NCBI GenBank assembly: GCA_965214605.1
Contig: OZ243961.1
Location: 960,001-1,024,000, forward strand
Direction of reading: 5' to 3'
Origin: an uncultured Candidatus Binatia bacterium
Lineage (GTDB): Bacteria; Desulfobacterota; Binatia; Bin18
DNA length: 64,000 bases
The notes beneath the pieces were generated by a model, which did not search any database, had not been told where the DNA came from, and saw only the letters and a list, made by a program, of their open reading frames with translations. Made by a program: the position numbers and the translations under genes. Shown one piece after another: positions 58,293 through 64,000 of this stretch; within the stretch, counting starts at the first letter, position 1; every line of letters begins with the position of its first letter.

Positions 58293-59279
58293 ATGGCATT
58301 TGGCGCGAATAACGTGGAATACGAAGTGATCGAAGGCTGGGAGCACCTGCCTGAAGGATGGTCGTTTGTTGAGGTGGCGGGCGTGGCCACCGACTCCCAA
58401 GACCGGGTGTATGCTTTTAACCGAGGCGAACACCCGATGATCGTCTTTGACCGTGACGGTAAATTTCTCGACGCCTGGGGAGAAGACGTGTTTACCAATG
58501 CTCACGGCATCTTTATCGGCCCGGACGATACCATCTACTGCGCCGACAATTTCGATCACACGGTCCGTTTGTTCAAGCCCGACGGGACGCTGCTCAAAAC
58601 CCTGGGCGAGAAAGACAAACCCACCGACACCGGCTTCAAAGCCTGGTCAACTCCGGTTCAAAAGTCGGCCGGCCCGTTCAATATGGTGACCAATGTCGCC
58701 CTGGATCCAGACGGTGCGATGTATATTGCCGACGGCTACGGTAACGCCCGGGTGCATAAGTTCTCGGCCGCCGGTGAGCTGCTGTTCTCCTGGGGGGAAC
58801 CCGGCAGCGGCCCGGGGCAGTTTAAAATCCCGCACTCAATTGCGGTTGACCGCCGCGGCACGGTGTACGTTGCCGACCGGGAGAACTCCCGCATTCAGGT
58901 GTTCAGCGGCGACGGTGAATACCGCACCGAATGGACCCATGTGAACCGGCCCGACGACCTGTATATTGATGCTGATGAAAACTTGTTTGTTGCCGAGCTC
59001 GGCTTCAAGGTCGCCAGTATGCCGAACGGCTTGGGCGCGGAAGTGCCCCCCCACGAGCCGCCGTCGTGCGTCAGCGTGTTGACCCTGGACGGCGAAGTCC
59101 AACATCGCTTTGGCGAGCACGGCTTAGAGCCGGGAAATTTCTATGCTCCGCACGGCATCTGGGCCGACTCGCGGGGCGATTTATACGTCAGTGAGGTGAA
59201 CTATAGCGCGGGCGGGCGGCAGGGGTTGATCCCGCTCGACGGCCATGTCCTGCAAAAGTTCATACGCCTCAACAAATAA
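58293..59279 (+). CDS. NHL-repeat protein (peptidyl-alpha-hydroxyglycine lyase-like)
   Basis: NRGEHP, ADGYGNARVHKF, PGQFKIPH, ADRENSRIQ, APHGIWAD. Confidence 0.9.
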   Translation: MAFGANNVEYEVIEGWEHLPEGWSFVEVAGVATDSQDRVYAFNRGEHPMIVFDRDGKFLDAWGEDVFTNAHGIFIGPDDTIYCADNFDHTVRLFKPDGTLLKTLGEKDKPTDTGFKAWSTPVQKSAGPFNMVTNVALDPDGAMYIADGYGNARVHKFSAAGELLFSWGEPGSGPGQFKIPHSIAVDRRGTVYVADRENSRIQVFSGDGEYRTEWTHVNRPDDLYIDADENLFVAELGFKVASMPNGLGAEVPPHEPPSCVSVLTLDGEVQHRFGEHGLEPGNFYAPHGIWADSRGDLYVSEVNYSAGGRQGLIPLDGHVLQKFIRLNK

Positions 59280-59717
59280 GCCGCAGCCCTTCTCCCCCTC
59301 TCTGCCGGCCTTACAGCCGCGCAGGAAGAGCCGGGAGAACCCTCCTCGGTCCGCTGACTTCACTCGGCAACCGCCCGACAATGACCGGCATTTTCGCCGT
59401 ACAAATGGCCTCTCACGGTGAGAGGTTCTCATATCCTAAATATAGTCTGGAATCTGGGCGCTAGCCTACTCTTCGCCGTATGCGACGCGTCGGCAGAGGC
59501 AGATGCTCTGGGGAACACCAAAAGAAGCCCATGCACTTAACATCGTCGTCGCCGGACGAAATCCCGGGTTCATGCCGGCTGGAAACCTCGCAGGTTTACC
59601 CCGCATGAATTGACCTGGAAGCCTGACCGGCGGCGGCGCCTCGGTCCGCCGGAGCTTGGGCGGCACGAGGAACGATTTTCTCGTGCCGAGATGCCGCAGC
59701 TCCTCTTGTTTAGCGAG

Positions 59718-59798
59718 TCACGGTATCTCGAAAGGGCGAACCTCGGCCTCGACAATGGTCCGCCGGGTCTGGCGGAGTGTAGCATGCTCCCTACTAAA
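59718..59798 (-). pseudogene. possible acyl-CoA dehydrogenase N-terminal remnant
   Basis: FSREHATLRQTRRTIVEAEVRPF* resembles FTEEH..LR.TVR.FVE.EV.P; short, in a 1.1-kb gap. Confidence 0.3.
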
Positions 59799-60375
59799 GG
59801 GTGGTCTAACGTATGGACCATATTCGCTGGTCTTTCGATAATCGGCGCTGACCATCAAGGTCTGCACCAACACATGGATTTTCGGGCTTGTCGGGGATTG
59901 CTAATCTCAGAGGCGCTGCGCCGAGAGGTCTGCTGAAAACGCTTCGGCCCGCAGCTCAGCTTCCTCCCCGCCCGAGAACACCGAATGGTCCTGGGCATAA
60001 ACCGGGGGCGGATGTCCTAGCGGTCGTGCTCGGCCATGTCTTTTGACAGACCGCCTGCGTATTCAACCCCAATTCAGGAGCCTAGCCGAGAGACACGCCC
60101 ACGCTGTCTCCGCGCTCACGCCGCGGACGATCTTGCGCGGCCAGGTGATGGGGCGGGGGCGGGAAGGCCGCTGATAGTCAGCTCCAATTCGATCAAGGGT
60201 GTGTAGGGGAATCCGATTGGTGGCCACTTGGACCATTGTCTTGCTCTCTTCTTCAATGCTGCAGGTCCGTTTCACGAGCGAGGCTGGGCAAGATCAAGCT
60301 CTCACACCCTCAAATAATATTCCCGGTTCGCTTATCGGCAAAGGGCCTGATCATGTGCGCGAATGGAGCCACGTC

Positions 60376-61227
60376 TCATCTCAGGCGGTGGGCGATCTCA
60401 GCATATTTATCGAGAAACGGCAGCACCTCCTCACGGCCGGCGCTTGGCGCTCGGACAACAGTGCGGATCGCCCCAAGCGCTCTGTAGCGTTCGAGTCGGC
60501 CCATGCCCGGGGCATGAACCAGGAAGAACGAAATTGGAATGGACTCGGGAGCGCGGCCAGCGGCCCTGGCTCTGTCGTGCAGGTCGGCAATCGCGGCCGG
60601 CATATCGGCAATCGCCGTCTCAACCGGAATCCAACCGTCACACAGGTCGACCACCCGCTGGCGGCCTAGCCGAGAACTCAGACTGCCCATCAAAATAGGT
60701 GGGTGGGGTGTGGTCAGCGGCTTGGGGTAGGACCAGATCCGATCAAAATTCACAAACTCGCCGTGATAGCTTGATTCGTCTTGGGTCCACAGCACTTTCA
60801 TGGCCTGAACGCGCTCGGTCAAGACCTTCCAGCGTTTGTTGGGCGGTGTGCCGTGGTTGGCCATCTCCTCTTTATTCCAGCCCGCGCCAATGCCGAAAAT
60901 AAACCGTCCATTTGAAATCCGATCAAGCGAGGCGACCTGCTTGGCCTGGACAATCGGGTCGTGCTCGGTCACTAGCGAGATACCGGTGCCGAGTTTGAGC
61001 TTGGTAGTCACTGCCGCGGCTGCGGCCAGACCGATAAAGGGGTCGGACATGTGGGCGTATTCCTGAGGCAGTTCGCCGCCACCTGGGAAAGGGGATTCAC
61101 GGCTGGCCGGAATATGGGTGTGCTCGGGCAGCCACAGCGACTCAAACCCCCGCGCCTCACACTCCCTGGCCAGTTCATCGGCCGGCAGCGTGTATTCGGT
61201 GTTGAAGCTGAAAACGCCAAGATCCAT
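60376..61227 (-). CDS. LLM-class probable F420-dependent oxidoreductase (Rv2161c-like)
   Basis: WLPEHTHIPASR, DPFIGLAAAA, AKQVASLD, GAGWNKEEMANHG. Confidence 0.92.
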   Translation of the reverse strand: MDLGVFSFNTEYTLPADELARECEARGFESLWLPEHTHIPASRESPFPGGGELPQEYAHMSDPFIGLAAAAAVTTKLKLGTGISLVTEHDPIVQAKQVASLDRISNGRFIFGIGAGWNKEEMANHGTPPNKRWKVLTERVQAMKVLWTQDESSYHGEFVNFDRIWSYPKPLTTPHPPILMGSLSSRLGRQRVVDLCDGWIPVETAIADMPAAIADLHDRARAAGRAPESIPISFFLVHAPGMGRLERYRALGAIRTVVRAPSAGREEVLPFLDKYAEIAHRLR

Positions 61228-61247
61228 ACACATGTCTCCTGTCCGAT

Positions 61248-61655
61248 TTACACAAACTCAAGCGCGGCCCCGCTGTGCGTGATCCGACGGTAATAGCAGC
61301 GCGGCCTGGCCTGTCCATCCTGATCTTTGGTATGACACACCCCACCCCGGCGGGGAATCACGCGATACAGGAGAGAATTCTGCTCGCAGTTGAGACGCAC
61401 CTCGACCAGATCAAGGACGTCGCCCGAGGTCGCTCCCTTGTGCCACAGCTCGTTGCGTGAGGTTGACCACAACACTGCCTGACGGCGGTCTAGCGTCTCC
61501 CGCAGAGCCAACTCGTTGGCATAGCCGATAAACAACACGTCGCCCGTCTGAGCATGTTGCAAGACGACCGGAACCACGTCCAGTCCTTTGTCTGCGATGC
61601 TGGCTAACTTCTTGAAATCAAGCTTGATTTCAGTCCCCTCTTCCAAGACATTCAT
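61248..61655 (-). CDS. hisI: phosphoribosyl-AMP cyclohydrolase
   Basis: WSTSRNELWHKGATSG, NCEQNSLL, CHT, CYYR. Confidence 0.92.
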   Translation of the reverse strand: MNVLEEGTEIKLDFKKLASIADKGLDVVPVVLQHAQTGDVLFIGYANELALRETLDRRQAVLWSTSRNELWHKGATSGDVLDLVEVRLNCEQNSLLYRVIPRRGGVCHTKDQDGQARPRCYYRRITHSGAALEFV

Positions 61656-61670
61656 GCTACGTCTTCCCTG

Positions 61671-62339
61671 TCAGTCTATGTCAGGCGTCGAGTTTTTCGG
61701 CCTGGGGCCATGATCCGCTGAGAGCGGCGGCAGAAGGTTCACCCAACGGCCCGTGCTGCGTTGAATCAGCTCAGACCATATGTGTTCCGCGGGTTTGCGG
61801 AACACCGTGTCAGTATCGGCCGGGACGATGTACCAGTCGCCCCTGGCAACCTCGTTGTCTAGCTGACCTGGAGCCCAGCCAGCATGGCCGGCATATATCC
61901 GAAACGTGCTGCCCTGGGCGATCTTATCCTCCGTCAGGGTCTGACTGTCGCTCAGGTAAACATCGGCAAAAACATGCTCGGTCTCGGCAAGCTGCCGTTC
62001 AGCACGGAACAGCAGCAGCATAACGGTGGGGGCGACCGGTCCACCCCTGTACACCACCCCAGCTAGCGGTGTGGTGCGGAAAGAGTCCGGCAAAATCTCG
62101 GACAGCCGGACCGTGGTAGGATGGTTAATAATCACACCAAGTGCTCCCAGCCGCCCATAGCCGAGCAACAGGACGACCGATTGAGCAAAATGGGGGTCGG
62201 CGAGCTCGCGGGCGGCCACCAGCAACTTTCCCTTGCCCAACTCAGCCGGAGCAGCAGAGGGTATGGCCACAGACAGTCCAGCGGCAAGAGTCGGGCTGCT
62301 CGGCATCAGGCTGAGGCACACCACCAGCCAGCCCAACAC
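61671..62339 (-). CDS. YqgE/AlgH (DUF179) family protein with predicted signal peptide
   Basis: LLVA..L.DPHFAQSV, GGPV, AGHAGWAPGQLDNEVARGDW; GTG 62339 after GGAGG (start inferred). Confidence 0.82.
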   Translation of the reverse strand: MLGWLVVCLSLMPSSPTLAAGLSVAIPSAAPAELGKGKLLVAARELADPHFAQSVVLLLGYGRLGALGVIINHPTTVRLSEILPDSFRTTPLAGVVYRGGPVAPTVMLLLFRAERQLAETEHVFADVYLSDSQTLTEDKIAQGSTFRIYAGHAGWAPGQLDNEVARGDWYIVPADTDTVFRKPAEHIWSELIQRSTGRWVNLLPPLSADHGPRPKNSTPDID

Positions 62340-62415
62340 GACACACCTCCCTGCTTGGGCTGGACGACGTCCAACACGGCTTCCTGCTCTATAGATATGC
62401 AGTCCGATAGTTTCT

Positions 62416-63999
62416 TCAATGCTGTGAGTCGCTGAGCACCTCCGGCACTGACTCGGCTGGCGCGCCTTTATCCGTCTTGTCAGCCGTCCGAGGCTTATAC
62501 CGGAACACCAAACCATCTTCGCCAAGATCGATCTCGACCGTGCCGCCGTTCTGGAGCTGGCCGAACAGAATCTCATCGGCTAAGACCTGTTTGACCTCAC
62601 TCTGAATCAGGCGGGCCATGGGACGTGCGCCATAGGTTTTGTCATAGCCTTTTTCGGCCAGATAACGACGGGAGTCGTTGGTCAAAAAGATGGTCACGGT
62701 CTTCTCGGCCAGCTGATCGGCCAGCTCTTTGATGAACTTGTCAACCACCCGCTCGACCGCCTCGGGCGGCAGAGGCCGGAAGTGGACAGTACTGTCTAAA
62801 CGGTTGCGGAACTCGGGGCTAAACAGCTTTTCAATCGCCTGTTGGTCCTTACCTTCGTTGGACTGCTCGCCAAAACCAATCGCCGTAGCAGCCATTTCAC
62901 GGGCCCCGGCATTGCTGGTCATAATGAGGATGACGTGTCGAAAATCGGCTTTTTTGCCGTTGTTGTCGGTCAGCGTGGCGTGGTCCATGACCTGGAGCAG
63001 GATGTTGAACAGATCAGGATGGGCTTTCTCAATCTCGTCCAGCAGCAGGACCGAATGGGGGTTTCGCGTAATTGCTTCGGTCAGCAGCCCGCCTTGGTCA
63101 AAGCCGACATAGCCCGGCGGGGCACCGATCAGCCGCGAGACCGTATGTTTCTCCATGTATTCACTCATGTCGAAGCGCAGAAACTGCAAGCCCAGGGTTT
63201 GGGCCAGCTGCTTGGCTACCTCGGTTTTCCCCACCCCGGTCGGTCCGGAGAACAAAAACGAACCGACTGGCTTTTCCGGCTGACCTAAGCCCGCCCGGGC
63301 CAGACGAATGGCGCGGACAATCACTTCAATGGCGGGATCCTGGCCAAAGACCACCTTTTTGAGGTCGTCGTCGAGTCTGTGGAGACGATCCTTGTCGGAA
63401 ATCGATACGCTGCGGGGCGGAATCCGAGCAATCTTTGCCACCACTGCCTCGATATCGGTTTCGCTAATAATCTTGGCCTCATCGGTGTTTGGTTTGATCT
63501 TGAAGGCGGCTCCGACCTCATCGATGACGTCAATCGCTTTGTCGGGTAGGAAACGATCGTTGATGTATTTTGCCGACAGTTCAGCCGCGGCCTTGAGCGC
63601 GTCCGGGGTGTAGGACACGCCGTGGTGGTCTTCGTAGTACGATTTTAAGCCCTCCAGAATCTTGACCGCGTCTTCGATACTAGGTTCGTGGATCTCAATC
63701 TTCTGAAAGCGCCGCGCCAGAGCACGGTCGCGCTCAAAATAACTGCGGTATTCATGGTAGGTCGTCGCGCCAATGCAGCGCAGTTTTCCGGACGCCAAGG
63801 CGGGTTTGAGAATATTCGAGGCGTCCATCGAGCCCCCGCTCGTCGCCCCAGCGCCAACGATGGTATGAATCTCGTCAATAAACAAAATGGCGTTTGGATC
63901 TTTTCGAAGCGCGTTCAGCACGGCTTTCAGTCGTTCCTCGAACTGACCGCGGAACTTTGTGCCAGCCAAAACCGTGCCCATATCCAGCGAGTAGATTCG
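62416..63999 (-). CDS. clpA: ATP-dependent Clp protease ATPase subunit, 5'-truncated by window edge
   Basis: AGTKFRGQFEERL, LPDKAID with no middle coiled coil, GPTGVGKTE, DMSEYME, IGF ClpP loop, GARPM. Confidence 0.93.
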   Translation of the reverse strand, partial: RIYSLDMGTVLAGTKFRGQFEERLKAVLNALRKDPNAILFIDEIHTIVGAGATSGGSMDASNILKPALASGKLRCIGATTYHEYRSYFERDRALARRFQKIEIHEPSIEDAVKILEGLKSYYEDHHGVSYTPDALKAAAELSAKYINDRFLPDKAIDVIDEVGAAFKIKPNTDEAKIISETDIEAVVAKIARIPPRSVSISDKDRLHRLDDDLKKVVFGQDPAIEVIVRAIRLARAGLGQPEKPVGSFLFSGPTGVGKTEVAKQLAQTLGLQFLRFDMSEYMEKHTVSRLIGAPPGYVGFDQGGLLTEAITRNPHSVLLLDEIEKAHPDLFNILLQVMDHATLTDNNGKKADFRHVILIMTSNAGAREMAATAIGFGEQSNEGKDQQAIEKLFSPEFRNRLDSTVHFRPLPPEAVERVVDKFIKELADQLAEKTVTIFLTNDSRRYLAEKGYDKTYGARPMARLIQSEVKQVLADEILFGQLQNGGTVEIDLGEDGLVFRYKPRTADKTDKGAPAESVPEVLSDSQH

Positions 64000-64000
64000 C

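Noticed and set aside
59759-59776. Second SECIS-like hairpin with GGTCT loop
   Set aside because: No UGA at the appropriate distance upstream
59849-59870. TGACCATCAAGGTCTGCACCAA, resembling the fdhF UGA/SECIS text
   Set aside because: No stem can form, spacing too short and no credible ORF around the TGA

Overview
GC-rich bacterial chromosomal window with about 65 protein genes. I see no rRNA, tRNA, CRISPR array or intact mobile element. Housekeeping genes are holA, 5-formyl-THF cyclo-ligase, ychF, a DEAD-box helicase, pgk, mdh-frdABCD-fumC, hisI and a partial clpA. They are interspersed with an expanded catabolic repertoire: five luciferase-like/F420 oxidoreductases, three amidohydrolase-2 enzymes, a D-aminoacylase, a CaiB CoA-transferase, a MaoC pair and GH65/beta-PGM. 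There is also an arsR-arsI-acr3 cassette between two GSTs. This gene content resembles Candidatus Binatia/Tectomicrobia-type lineages (inference only). Highlights: (1) a sodium:solute symporter fused to two tandem winged-helix domains (14800-16695), in a catabolic cluster headed by a perfect 14-bp palindrome, a candidate one-component transporter-transcription factor. (2) A UGSC-type selenoprotein that the ORF track splits in two (in-frame UGA at 10952-10954 followed by a SECIS-like hairpin). It is apparently co-transcribed with a conserved unknown protein and ychF, and is divergent from a DsbA-family gene. (3) Several eroded pseudogenes in intergenic gaps (CoA-transferase, formamidase, mazEF), the mazEF relic running directly into pgk. 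(4) A 28-bp bipartite motif shared by the mdh-frd-fumC operon and the neighbouring LysR gene. All calls come from motif recognition by eye; no database searches were run.
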